From Eledone cirrhosa (lineage: Eukaryota), in assembly GCA_964016885.1 (NCBI GenBank), contig OZ024749.1, positions 9,300,001 through 9,364,000 on the forward strand: a stretch of 64,000 nucleotides of DNA. The letters run 5' to 3'. A program made the position numbers and the translations under genes. Positions 12,381-25,835 of the stretch are shown piece by piece. Under the pieces are notes generated by a model. It did no database searches and was not told where the DNA came from. It worked only from the letters and a program-made list of their open reading frames with translations. Numbering within the stretch: position 1 is the first letter of the stretch; the number at the start of each line of letters is the position of its first letter.

Positions 12381-13139
12381 TATATCAACATAAACCGACA
12401 TACACTTTTTTTAAATGTCATCATGATCTTCACTATATATATATAAAGTACCAGTAATACACTGAGATATTTGCTGGTATTGTGCCCAAAGTAGAAACAA
12501 TTATTATCAGTGTATGCATGCGTAAGCCAACGAGGAACATTCGATAGAATTATTCAAACTTTTGGTTGGGGCTGTGCTAGAAATAGCAGCTAAATCATGT
12601 TTTACGAACTAAATAAATAAATAAAGGGTCACGTTTATGAACTATATAAAGGGTCACCCTTTATGTAGTTCTTAATGTAAACTGTGTCTGATAAAAAAAA
12701 AAGAACAAAACGTCAAGGTAGTCACAGTCAGAAGACTGTTAATCATAGCTGTGGTACAACAAGGCTGACCAAGGGTTAAACAACAGCAACATACATATGT
12801 GGTGGTGGGGGTGATAGAAAGATAGAGGAGACACAGTGAGAGAGAGTGTGTGTATATATGATGGGCTGTGTTTCAGTCTGAGTGTGTGCGTGTGTAAGTT
12901 TATGTGTGCGTGTCCGTGAGTAAGTTTATTGTGTGTAAGTTTGTGTGTGTACGTTTATGTGTGTGTATATATTTATATGTGTGAGTCTATGTGTAAGTTT
13001 GTGTGTGTGTGTGTGTAAGTTTGTGCGTGTGTGTAAGTTTATGTGTTATTTATGTATGTGAGTCTCTGTAAGTTTGTGTGTGTGTGTGTGTCTAACTTCC
13101 TGAGTGAGTATGTGTATGTGTGTGTGTGTGTGGTGGAAG

Positions 13140-13349
13140 TTTTACAGCTGATCCTTACAAAAATTAAAAAAGAAAAACAAGTTCGGTTAACTCCGTATTT
13201 TACCGAGAACTTCCGACTTCTCCCGATCGTATTAATCGTCTGCTTTTATTGATTTCTTCCCCATTTGCCATCTTCCTTCAACATTTAATGACGTTATAAG
13301 TTTTTATTTTAAACTGAACTTATAAAGTTTTTAAGCAACAAAGGTAAGC
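13140..13349 (+). promoter_or_regulatory. Candidate first (non-coding) exon ending at a splice donor
   Basis: Unique, relatively CpG-rich sequence ending in AAG|gtaagc at 13343/13344; inference only. Confidence 0.25.
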
Positions 13350-13770
13350 TTATTTATATTGTTGTGGTTGTTTTTGTTACCACATTAATATTTTTCCTTT
13401 TCCTCCGACCTTAAATTTCCTGTTGTTGGGAGAAAATGACAAAATACTCGCCATTGTTGTCTTAGTTGATAATAGCAGTGGTTGTAGAGAGGGGTGTTGA
13501 TGATATTGTTGTTTAGTCTCAGGTCAGTCCTTGTAGGGCATGGATATCTCCAACAGACGTTCCAAATATGACCTTCCCATGCCATATTTTCAAGTGATAG
13601 TGTCCAGTGTGTTCTTAACCTTTTTTATAGAAGGAAGGAAGGTGTGATTTGAGAGAGGTTTGGCTGTTGTTTCTAGTAAGTTGAATATATGTATGTGTGT
13701 GTATAAGAATGTATATTTATAGCTGTATCTCTATATAATAGTTAGTATGTCTATCTGTGTCTGCGTGAAT

Positions 13771-13813
<43 letters not shown>

Positions 13814-14060
13814 AGAATCTTTCAGCTTCTACAAGTAGTATGACAACGTGTTTGTGATTTTCTCAGACATGACATCTATAATTTTGTTAGTATATATATA
13901 TATATATATATAACCAAAGATTAATATGGTTCATTGATTACTCAATGAATACAGTTATACAATAGATTAAAAGCACTCAACATAACATATTCCTGGAGTT
14001 TTAATATTATTCAAAATATTAACAAATGAAGATATTCACATAATCAAAATATATGCTTTA

Positions 14061-14122
14061 TTATAATATATTTCGAAGGTACTGTGTTGTTGTTGTTTTT
14101 TCAGTACGTCCTCGTCAGATAA
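14061..14122 (-). ncRNA. Type-I hammerhead ribozyme (left arm)
   Basis: Reverse strand: ttat-CTGACGA-ggacgtactg...cagtaccttc-GAAA-tataTT-ataa. Confidence 0.7.
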
Positions 14123-14238
14123 AATATATGATTTGATATATGACATACCTCTACGGTGTTGATATTTCAATTATAGTATTGGCCGTACTGGAATTGAAAT
14201 ATCAAGACCGTTGAGGTATGTCATATTCAAATCATATA

Positions 14239-14301
14239 TTTTATCTGACGAGGACGTACTGAAAAAAAAACAGCACAGTAACTTCGAAATATATTATAAA
14301 G
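14239..14301 (+). ncRNA. Type-I hammerhead ribozyme (right arm)
   Basis: ttttat-CTGACGA(14245-14251)-ggacgtactg...cagtaacttc-GAAA(14286-14289)-tataTT-ataaag; palindromic stem III atatat, 6-bp stem I. Confidence 0.75.
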
Positions 14302-14539
14302 CATATATTTTGATTATGTGAATATCTTCATTTGTTAATATTTTGAATTATATATAAATATATATTGAAAATAAGGCCAAATACTGCTCATTAAAGGAAT
14401 TCTTGCCTTTAAAACAACAACTGTATGTAGCCTTATGTACAGTTTACTGTAATAAATCTCGTATTTTTGAGCTGTTAAAACGTCTTCACCAATTTTTATC
14501 TGTTTTCGTATTTGAAAGCGACTTATTCTATATATAATA

Positions 14540-15056
14540 AAAATAATTGTTTCTACTTTTGGCACAAGGCCAGCAATTATCGCAGTGTATTACTGGTACT
14601 TTATTTTATCGACCCCGTAAAGATGAAAGGCAAAGTTTAACCTCGGGGGGATTTGAACTCAAAACGACTTATTCTATATATAATAAAAATAATTGTTTCT
14701 ACTTTTGGCACAAGGCCAGCAAAAATACCCAGTGTATTACTGGTACTTTATTTTATCGACCCCGGAAGGATTAAAGGCAAAGTTAACCTCGGCGGGATTT
14801 GAACTCGGAACGCAAATGGACGTAACTCTTTGCTAGAAAGCATGGCATCCGACCCTTTACCGATACTGCCAACAAAAATAATTGTTTCTACTTTTGGCAC
14901 AAGGCCAGCAATTATCTCAGTGTATTACTGGTACTTTATTTTATTGATCCTGTAAGGATGAAAGGCAAAGTTAACCTCGGCGGGATTTGAACTCAGATCA
15001 TAAAGGGAGGTAACTCTATGCTTCAAAGCATGGCGTCCGACCCTCTACCGATGCTG
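14540..15056 (-). mobile_element. Three head-to-tail Nin/Deu-domain SINE copies
   Basis: ataattgtttctacttttggcacaaggccagc recurs at ~14543, ~14690 and ~14878. Confidence 0.85.
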
Positions 15057-15065
15057 CATAACGAA

Positions 15066-15520
15066 AATGATTGTGTAGTGCTCAGGTGCACTACAACTTA
15101 TCAAAGGTATAGTCATAGAGTAATGTACAAATGTCAGGAAAATGAACAGTGTATGTATCATGATATACATGTGTGTGTATATGGAGGGGGAATATCAGGT
15201 GTAGTGTTGGAGAATTTCAGGAAGAATGGAGGTTTTAAAGGATGCAGTGTCCCGACAACTAACAACTGATGCAGGTAGTTGGTTCTATGGAGGTTTTAAA
15301 GAATGCAGTGTCCCGACAACTAACAACTGATGCAGGTAGTTGGTTCCATGTTTCAGCAACTCTGTGAAAAAATGTTTCCGAAAGTCATGGGAGCTGCTGT
15401 TTTCTGACTTTGTAAGCATGTCCACCTGTGTTAGACATATGGAATTCATATTGGTGTTCAAGGTTGTTGTTGGCAAGATGGTTAATAATTTTATGGGTGT
15501 CTACGAAGCAAGGCGTTCAG
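15066..15520 (-). mobile_element. CR1-group LINE 3' fragment with an internal ~60-bp tandem duplication
   Basis: Reverse strand GHAYKVRK...DFRKHFF...WNQLPASVV; homologous to 28297-28650. Confidence 0.8.
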
Positions 15521-15560
<40 letters not shown>

Positions 15561-15874
15561 CTATATTATATTTTGAGAATAAACTCTGTCGTTTACAATA
15601 AATCAGCTCCAAGAAAGGGGCATTTCCGAGCAGTTAAATACATTAATATATATGATAAACACAAAACGTGTTTGCATTGTAACAGACAAAGTTAGCTATT
15701 AATGAAATAAACTAATTAAAGTGAATACAATTTGTCTGTCTCGATATAAGTCAATAAAGACAAGCTTATATATATATATATAGTAATAATAATAAATTTC
15801 AAGACTAAAATCCAAAGAGGGCTCGATAAGGATAAATATATATCAAAATATATAAGAACCGTAGAGCAAATATT

Positions 15875-15985
15875 TATTAAAATAACAGATTAAAGTTTAA
15901 GCAAAGAATCGCTGCTTTCACCCTTAATCCCGTTAAGGGTGAAAGCAGCGATTCTTTGCTTAAACTTTAATCTGTTATTTTAATA
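15875..15985. repeat. Perfect palindrome, 53-bp arms, 5-nt loop, abutting (TA)n
   Basis: 15875-15927 is the exact reverse complement of 15933-15985. Confidence 0.95.
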
Positions 15986-17928
15986 TATATATACACGATT
16001 TGTTATGTTTTCATTTCGTTTATTGAGTAATGACGCGCGTTTCGCTATTGATCAGCTCAAGATTCTCTAATAAGTTGGGGGGGGGGGGCTAGCCAGCACA
16101 CTGGCAGCGTTACCTCGGGTGATGGCGAGGCTGGTGTGCTGGAGCAGCCAAGTACCCTCACGAGCATCACCAGTGAATATAAGAACCTCGTAGTCAGCGT
16201 CCCGACTCCACCAAACGTCTCAAACTCCACGGGTTGGTATCAGCGTGACTCAACTGAGATATACCACTTAGTCTGGTATGTAGGGTCTACCCCTTCCCTT
16301 TATTTTCATTGCTTAATTTTGTTTTCCTTTCTTCCTGTTTATTATACGGAATATTTATGAAAATAAAATTTTGTATTACTTTTTTTTAATGAATAAAAAA
16401 TTACTATTTTCAGTATATATATATGTACGTGTGTGTGAGAGAGAGAGTGTGTGTGTGTGTGTAGATTCCCGAGTTTTGTCGGGGGGAGGGGGTAACCCAA
16501 TACATTGGTAGAGTTTAGGCATCTTTATTACATATAGAGAGAAATGACTTCTACAGGACTAGAATTGTTTCATTCGTATGGAATCCTCAGGAATATATAA
16601 ACAAAATAAGAGCAGGGCTTACAAAATGAATCTAGTGAATGCGACGAGATATTTTCACTTTCAAATTTCGAGCTCTATTGTCAATGATGTCCAGATATTC
16701 ATGTCGGGGTGGGTGTATTTACATCGACACCGCTTTAAAAAAACGGTGCTCTTTGTTTATGTAAAGTAATTTAGTGGATGTTCAAATAGGGAGATCAGTA
16801 GAATAAGACTCAGACTCAAAATTAAGTAATAGGGTCAATTTGAACGACTGGACCTTTTAAAGCGCTGTTCAATAAACCAAGAATATATAGAGTAAAGAAG
16901 TAATATACAGTATAGATATTGAATCACACCGTGTCATGCTGTAATTACCTGGGAATTACGTTCAGGGTACTGCCTGTGGAATGATTCCATAAACAGACTG
17001 TCCCATTAATCGGACAACTTGAATACTCATCTTCGAAATTGATGGAGGTCCATTCGATAATTAAATTTAATATATATTCCATCTTGTGTTTGGTTGAAGT
17101 AGAGTGATTCATAGTATTTAATTTACAACTCAATTGATGACTTCCTTAGTGAAAAACAGATTGTGATAATGGAAGTGTGGAAAACACGTTAGAAAATCGA
17201 CATTACAGCTTGTGCATAACTAATTAGTTTTCTTGTTTAGCAAATATTCATTTTTTTTAAATATTTGTTTGCAAGAAGCTTCCCTGTTTCTTTCTAATCT
17301 AATAATGGTTCTTTCACGCTCTGCATAAAACTAGAAAATTGTAAGAAGGAAATTTCAATTAAATCAACTACCACACAAAGCTGGTGCTTATTTTATTGAC
17401 ACCAGAAAGATGGCGGTGAAGGTGTTTCTAGAAACACAAAAGTCAAAAAGATGAAACTAAAAGGTGTAAAGAAGTTAGTCTGGTGCTCTAACTACTATTT
17501 CTCCTGACACGAGAAAATATCTCTGTTATCAAAAACTCAGACCTGTCAACTCTCCCCGTCCGACGGAGATCTCCCACCCACTTTGGAGTGGGAGAGAGAT
17601 GGAAAATGCGAAAATGGGTATAGCTTTCATTATGTAAAATCTCCTCATTTTGCATCATTTCTCCCAGTTTTGGGACTCTTTTTTTCATGGTACTCCCCGT
17701 TTGTGTTTTTAGAGCTTGGTAGGTCCGAAAACTTCAGGTTGCTCCACACCCAGGGATATATTATCCATAAGGTTGACTAAGCGGAAGTTTAGGAATTCTA
17801 CAAATCTTTTTGCTGATGTTGAGTGAAAGAATGAAGTGTGAAAGGAAGGTCTGATATACCTGAAAGCTTAGGGACCTGGTCATGGGTTAATACAGCCCAG
17901 TCCTGTCATATTACACTCCATATAGGGC

Positions 17929-18136
17929 AGTGGACTAGCAGTATCAGTAGAGCATCGGATATCATGCTTCATGGCATAGAGTTACGGTCCTTTACCTTCT
18001 GAGTTCAAATGCCACCAAGGTTAGCTTTGCCTTTCTTCCTTATGGGAGTCGATAAAATAAAGTACCAGTAATGCATTAGGCTCGATTTAATCAACTCTCC
18101 CCAATTGTTGGCCTTGTGCCTAAATCAGAAATTATA
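17929..18136 (+). mobile_element. Nin/Deu-domain SINE copy
   Basis: Homologous to 3047-3235. Confidence 0.85.
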
Positions 18137-20020
18137 TTACACCCCATATGAGTCATCATTTCACCTGGTATGGGTCTTATACAACAACAGTGCAAATGAC
18201 TTTCATACAACACCGCATATCATTCAGTCTACACCCCATAGCTTGAATTTATATAAGTCAACAAAGGAGCCTTTATGATGTTGCCTGATCTGCTAGAAAT
18301 AGTAGCCAACTCCCCCTTAAATGAGGAAGAAGACATTGGACAATGTAAGACTAAATCATCAATTCCCTATCTAGGGTTCACACAAAGGTAGTAGAAAGGG
18401 CCTTTGAGCTGTGTTCAAATTTCCAAGTATCATCATCATCATCATTCAGTCCCACCCTTGCAAGCAAGTATGTTCTTATAAATATATCCACATACTTTGG
18501 GTTTAGATTTGATTCTTATCACGGTATAACAATCTGGAACCAGGGTAATTGTAGCGGGGCAGGCTCCATTGGAAAATCCATTTGAATGAAAGGGACCCTT
18601 AGATGAGAACGGATTGGGAACCAGTGTCCTAGATGTAGAAAAAGTCATGATGGTTTTACAGATCATAGATCTGCTCAATGAGAGGTGACCTGGGGCTAAA
18701 CAACAACAGCAGTAATCCTAACAGTTAAGTGTTTATAAGGGGACTGATATACTAACCCAGACAGCCCCATCAATGTAACAAATCATCTTCAATAAGTTCC
18801 CTTCTAACACCAAAACGAAAACCTCATGAAGTGTTAAATCTGTGAGATGATGGATTGTGAAGAGAAATGTAGATCAAATGTTAAATGAATATAACATTTT
18901 TATGAATCATTTAGTTGAGCAGAAATATTATCGCTAATTAGCCGCAGCTTGTGTCATAAAACTGAACATTTATCATAAATTTGTGTTGGATCAAACACAG
19001 ACTGGACAGTTTGTATTGTAACACTGGTGATGTCATTCTAGTCAGTCTGACGAACAGGTTGTTTAACTTCACATTGGTCATGATTGAACAGACTTATAAT
19101 TAATTCTTTTGATACCTAACCCACCCAAAACATCCCCTACTTCTAGGATACAAAGCTGTTTATTTTAACCCTTTCATTAACATATTTCTAATGAAAGACT
19201 ACCTATAATTTCCAATTAAGGTATCGAATTGGAGGATTTATAATTAATATAACTAACTTCGTTATTAAGTTATATTTAGAACATGACTCAAGAAAGGTTC
19301 TTATAAAAATTATAATAGAAGAATTAAATTTAAGCATGAATACTTTAAAACAAAGTTTTACATTACTACGCTGATGTGTGTGTGTGTGTGTGTGTGCATA
19401 CATTTATGTGCATGAGTATTTAAATATAAATATGCAAACATTGACACACAAAAATACACACTCACAGACATACATTCACACAAATACACATACATTTACA
19501 CAAGCACACATACACTCACACGCAGCATAGCAAATGAAAAGCCAGTCGCTGTTTTGCTATAGATTTTTTCACCATCCTCTTCCTTCCTTTTACACTCACA
19601 TACATTCACATAAACACACACACAAACACACACATTGTGCAATGGACGTAAGTCACTCAAATTTATATATAGATGGCACCAGAGGTTAGTTTCTGGTGGG
19701 TTGTTATCAAAAGGGTTAAAGTGTCTACTCATCTAAAAATCTCACAAAATTTTATCTAAAAACTTATTTTATCTAAAAGTCAGGCTCCAAACACCAGATT
19801 TATTATGAGAAGGTTAGATACAACTCATATATCATACATATATCTTATATCCTAATACATATATATCCTTTCAATTTTGATAATTTTTCAAATTTTCTGT
19901 ATTGAATAAGTATTGAATTTCATTAGAAATAAGTAATGACAAAGTTAAAGATGTTCCATCCATGACCATCTTGTCTTCTTTATATATATATATATATTAC
20001 ACACACACACATATATATAT

Positions 20021-21275
20021 CATCATCATCATCATATTCACCGTTTTACGTCCGTTCTTCCACGCTAGCATGGGTTAGACTGGTTGTCTTGTTGTGGGCA
20101 GTGTCCGGTCGGCTGACCTTGTCTTGCTCATACGGGAACTGATTCAGCATCATCATCATCATCACCGTTTTACGTCCATTCTTCCACGCTAGCATGGGTT
20201 AGACGGATTGTCCTGTTGTGGGCAGTGTCTGGTCGGCTGACCATGCCTTGCTCATACAGGAACTGATTTGGCTTGATTTCTACAGCTGGATGCCCTTCCT
20301 AACACCAACCTCATTTACAGTGAGTGCTGGGTGCTCTTTCGTGGTGCCTACATGTCCACTTTACAGTGTGGGCTGGGTGCTTTTTTGCCGTGGCACCTCC
20401 ATGACCACCTTGCAGTGGGGGAAGTGGGAGCATATTGTCTATATGCTTCAGCTTGTACCCATGGGAGGTCAAGTAGTTTGTATTACTGCGTGACGCCAGA
20501 GGTCACGGTCGTGTGTCATTGCCTTTGAGAGGTGTAATTGGGTAAGGTCGGCTTTTATCACCTCATCCCAGGTCATCTTGGGTCTCCCCACTCCGCGGTT
20601 TCCATCGACTTCTCGTGCTCTGCACCTTTTTATGCAGCTGTCATCCTTCATACGCATCATATGTCCATACCAGCGCAACCGCCTCTCTTGCACACAGCAT
20701 TTGATTCCTCTTATGCTCAGTCTCTCTCTCAATTCATTTATGCTTTGTCGTTCGCGTATATTACTGTTACACATCCATCGGAGCATGCAGGCTTCATTTC
20801 TCTCTAATCTACGTAAGTCTTCCACCTTCAGCGCCCAGGTCACACTACCATGCAACATCGCTGTTCGGATACACGCATCATACAGTCTGCCTTTCATTTT
20901 GAGGGAGAAGCCTTTTGCAGCTAGCAGTGGTAATAGTTCCCTAAACTTCTTCCATCCCATTCTTACCCTAGTTATTGTACTTTCTGAACACCCACCTCCG
21001 CTGCTAATTCGGTCACCTAGGTAGCAGAAGCGGTCTACTGTTTCGACAGAGCCCTCCCAGAGATTGGTGGTACTTGTTTCCTGTGGCTGTTTGCTACTTG
21101 CTGTCCCAGCACAGCTGCTGCATGTGAAGCCTACATTCTTAATTAAGCTTCCTGAGATCCCGCTACATCTCTTGTGTACCCATTGTTTGCATTTGGGGCA
21201 GAGAATGGAGTTCCTACCTACACCTTTCCTACATACTGAGCAAGGCCATTTCCCTGAGGGGATCTGGGTTCTGTT
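20021..21275 (-). mobile_element. 5'-truncated RTE LINE (RT C-terminus with Cys-rich finger, 3'UTR, duplicated tail)
   Basis: ORF 20469-20960 (GWKKFRELLPLL...RRLRWYGHMMRM...GRPKMTW), preceded by SGKWPCSVCRKG...WVHKRC; (CAT)n tail duplicated at ~20021 and ~20148. Confidence 0.92.
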
Positions 21276-21280
21276 TTCTC

Positions 21281-21790
21281 GCTTGATTTCTACCGCTGGA
21301 TGCCCTTCCTAACACCAACCTCATTTACAGTGAGTGCTGGGTGCTTTTTTTCCGTGGCGCCTACACGTCCACTTTACAGTGTGGGCTGGGTGCTTTTTTG
21401 CCGTGGCACCTCCACGACCACTTTGCAGTGGGAGGGTGTGGGGGCATATTGTCTATATGCTTCATCTTCAGCTTGTACCCGTGGGGGGGAGGGGTCGGGT
21501 CTTCTGTATTACTGCGTGACACCAAAGGTCACGGTCATGTGTCATCGCTTTTGAGAGGTGTAATTGGGTAAGATCGGCTTTTATCACCTCATCCCAGGTC
21601 TTCTTGGGTCTCCCCACTCCGCGGTTTCCATTGACTTCTAGTGCTCTGCACCTTTTTATGCAGCTGTCATTCTTCATACGCATCACATGTCCATACCAAC
21701 GCAACCGCCTCTCCTGCACACATCATTTGATTCATCTTATGCTCAGTCTCTCTCTCAATTCATTTATGCTTTGCCGTTTGCGTATATTAC
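21281..21790 (-). mobile_element. Second RTE copy (ORF end plus part of 3'UTR) in tandem
   Basis: ORF 21468-21719 QERRLRWYGHVMRM...GRPKKTWDEVIKADL; close paralog of 20270-20770. Confidence 0.9.
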
Positions 21791-21799
21791 TAGAGAATA

Positions 21800-22330
21800 T
21801 TACTGGAGAAAGCATGAGTCTCCATGGCCTTTTCAGACCCTCAAGACCAGAGAGATCTAAGTAGTTGATGTTCTGTTCAAATTGTTGCCAGTCAACTCTT
21901 TTGGGAAAGACACAAGCAATGGGAGAAATTCCAGGGAGTCAAAATTCTGAGGCAGGAAGGATTGAGTGTGATAGTTAATGTGGAGCATGGTGAGAGGGCT
22001 TGGACATAACATGGATAATGAGAGAGAGATGTGAGTCAACAGTACCTGAGTTGAGTTGGCATGAGTACAGCAAGCCCTGAGGAGCAATGATCATTGTAGC
22101 AGTGTTAGAAGAGGCACAGAGAGGAGATAGCACATCAGTTTGATCAGAGGCTGGAGAATGTTAGGGAGTGACTTCAAACTGATTAGCTGAATGCCTCTTT
22201 TTTTTCTGGGTGCATCTAGGATGTGTGTAAACAATAGTCCATTGAGGGTCTCACCTCAGCTTTGTTGAGTGCCATTAGTAATTGCTGAAAGAGGAACTTT
22301 TGGCCCTGGATAGAACGGCCAGTTGTTAAT
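21800..22330 (-). mobile_element. Old CR1/Jockey-group LINE 3' remnant
   Basis: Degenerate reverse-strand translation resembling KRAIQLI...SSLCLF..YN.HCSS...QSFLP...WN; many stops. Confidence 0.5.
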
Positions 22331-22845
22331 AGTCCAAGCTATGTTTGTATGGACCTGTAACACCTGATGATGGGTGCATGTCTTGGGCATTTTAAAAACC
22401 TAGCAAAGCCCATCTATTCTCTTGGTCTGAACACAGTTGATTTCTTCTTGAGAAAGAAAGAGTTAAAGTGAGAAAGATATATAGTAGAAGAACCAACCCA
22501 GTACAAGACTGGTACTTTTATTTTATCAACCTTGCTATTTATAAAGTACCCAAAACTTTTTACTAATTTCTGTGTCAGTGTTCTAGAATTCACCAAAACT
22601 TCTTAAAACTGCACACTAGACTGTCTTCATAAACTTTGAAGAGCAATGAAAAGGAAAAATCTGTCAGTTGGAAAAACATTATAGTGAACTAATAAAAATA
22701 TTCTAAAATCAATATGTCCATAACGACATATATCACATCTGAACAATAAGTTGTCCAACCCATGCTAGCGTGGAAAGCCGACATGATGATATATATAAAT
22801 TTGTGTGTATGGGTGTCATGTATGCATACATAATTTCTTCCACCT

Positions 22846-22955
<110 letters not shown>

Positions 22956-23051
22956 AATGAAGTAATTCCGTCGGAAAATTCCAGGAAAAAAGAGTGCTCT
23001 ATGTAGGTAACAGAGCTTAATAGTTATGTAATAAACAACATAAGGCAATTA

Positions 23052-23112
23052 TTTCATTTACCAGTGGTTTCTTAAAAGCAAAAAAATGTTGCTTTCAATC
23101 ATCAGAACGAAA
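23052..23112 (-). ncRNA. Type-I hammerhead ribozyme, intact core
   Basis: Reverse strand: tttcgtt-CTGATGA-ttgaaagcaa...ttgcttttaa-GAAAC-cactg-GTA-aatgaaa; 7-bp stem I, 10-bp stem II, palindromic stem III acca-c-tggt. A decayed relative lies at ~3908-3978. Confidence 0.82.
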
Positions 23113-23144
23113 AAATCCTGGTGTATTTATTGACATTGGATTTT

Positions 23145-23245
23145 AAAAACACTTGTGAATAGTGCCGTTTTAAATCAACATATGAAAAGTAATTAAATTA
23201 CTTTTCATATGTTGATTTAAAACTTCACTATTCACAAGTGTTTTT
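23145..23245. repeat. Palindrome, 50-bp arms, 1-nt loop, next to the hammerhead
   Basis: 23145-23194 vs 23196-23245, two mismatches. Confidence 0.95.
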
Positions 23246-23368
23246 TAACCTTCATATCATGCCTCCCTATTTTATATGACGAAAACGCAAATGTCATCTC
23301 ATGATGATATTTGTTTTTGAAATGCGCATAATAAAATACATGGAACTCTTTTAACCATCTTTTGATCT

Positions 23369-23369
<1 letters not shown>

Positions 23370-23405
<36 letters not shown>

Positions 23406-23561
23406 TATATATATATATATTAATATATATATATATATATATATATTAATATATATATATTAATATATATATTTATATATATATATATATCATCATCATC
23501 ATCATCATACGTTCGCTTTCCCCTGCTTTATATTATATATATATATATATATTTATATATT

Positions 23562-23598
<37 letters not shown>

Positions 23599-23611
23599 AT
23601 ATTTATATATT

Positions 23612-23644
<33 letters not shown>

Positions 23645-23655
23645 ATATATTTATA

Positions 23656-23694
<39 letters not shown>

Positions 23695-23937
23695 TTATAT
23701 ATATATATATATTTATTTATATATTTATATATATATATATATTTATTTATATATTTATATATATATTTATTTATATATTTATATATATATTTATTTATAT
23801 ATTTATATATATATATATATATTTATTTATATATTTATATATATATTTATTTATATATTTATATATATATATATATATTTATTTATATATTTATATATAT
23901 ATTTATATATATATATATTTATATATATATATATTTA

Positions 23938-23971
<34 letters not shown>

Positions 23972-24017
23972 TATATATATATATATTTATATATATATAT
24001 ATTTATATATATATATT

Positions 24018-24048
<31 letters not shown>

Positions 24049-24081
24049 ATTTATATATATATATATTTATATATATATATT

Positions 24082-24112
<31 letters not shown>

Positions 24113-24164
24113 ATATTTATATTATATATATATATTTATATATATATATTTATATATATATATT

Positions 24165-24256
<92 letters not shown>

Positions 24257-24284
24257 TATATATATATATTTATATATATATATT

Positions 24285-24316
<32 letters not shown>

Positions 24317-24460
24317 TATATATATATATTTATATATATATATTTATATATATATATTTATATATATATATTTATATATTTATATATATATATTTATATA
24401 TATATATTTATATATATATATTTATATATATTTATATATATATATATATTTATATATATT

Positions 24461-24491
<31 letters not shown>

Positions 24492-24582
24492 ATTTATATA
24501 TATATATTTATATATATATATATTTATATATATATATTTATATATATATATATTTATATATATATATTTATATATATATATT

Positions 24583-24614
<32 letters not shown>

Positions 24615-24628
24615 TATATATATATATT

Positions 24629-24660
<32 letters not shown>

Positions 24661-25060
24661 TATATATATATATTTATATATATATATTTATATATATATA
24701 TTTATATATATATATTTATATATATATATTTATATATATATATTTATATATATATATTTATATATATATATTTATATATATATATTTATATATATATATT
24801 TATATATATATATTTATATATATATATTTATATATATATTTATATATATATATTTATATATATATATTTATATATTTATATATATATTTATATTTATATA
24901 TTTATATATATATTTATATATATATTTATATATATATTTATATATATATTTATATATTTATATATATATATATTTATTTATATATATATTTATATATATA
25001 TATATTTATATATATATATATTTATATTTATATATATATATATTTATATATATATATATT

Positions 25061-25155
<95 letters not shown>

Positions 25156-25200
25156 ATATTTATTTATATATATATATATTTATTTATATATATATATATT

Positions 25201-25237
<37 letters not shown>

Positions 25238-25271
25238 ATTTATATATATATATAATATATATATATATATA
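23370..25271. repeat. ~1.9-kb (TA)n tract punctuated by TTTA
   Basis: Direct reading. Confidence 0.97.
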
Positions 25272-25638
25272 TTGTTATACTTTGGGAGGGTTATGCTGCC
25301 AATAAAAACACATGCACCTGCTGGTTTTCACTTTAATTTATTACAAATTTCTGGTTGGTTGGTTCAATAACCAAACGGCTGTTTATATATTGTCAAAGTT
25401 CCTTCATGATATATTCTGTGACCTCCTCAGTGACTGATTTGTTATTTTGTGTCTCTCTTTTGTTCTGCTCTACACCACCTTGTTTTTGTGTGTTGTGTAT
25501 ATATATGTGTATGTTAATGTTGTGTATCTAAAGATATACGCTGTGTTAAGTAAATAAACATTTTGAAAGTCCAGCTATGAATTGAAAGGCTGACAGCCAG
25601 CTTCATCTTGCAGATGCAAGCAGAAGCAGTGCAGGATA

Positions 25639-25680
25639 ACTGTCTATTCATTTTGAGCTTCCAGCTCTCATCAGGACAGT
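25639..25680 (-). ncRNA. Hammerhead motif with decayed GAAA box
   Basis: Reverse strand: actgtc-CTGATGA-gagct gga agctc-AAAA-tgaa-TA-gacagt. Stems I and II are perfect; G12 to A fits CpG decay. Confidence 0.7.
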
Positions 25681-25835
25681 GTATTTATATATAGTATTTT
25701 CGCCTGTGTAGGTGGACTGATTAGACTCATTTGCATATGAAGCTGTATGAGTTGGCTCAACTTAAAAGTAGAATTAAAATTCAGCTTCAGCATAGCTGTA
25801 TGTGTGTGTGTGTGTATATATATCAGAGATTGGCA

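Larger units (their letters stand above)
14009..14348. repeat. Long fold-back palindrome (~160-bp arms), each arm carrying a hammerhead motif; Penelope-like terminal remnant
   Basis: 14009-14172 vs 14192-14348 are reverse complements with a few differences. Confidence 0.9.
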
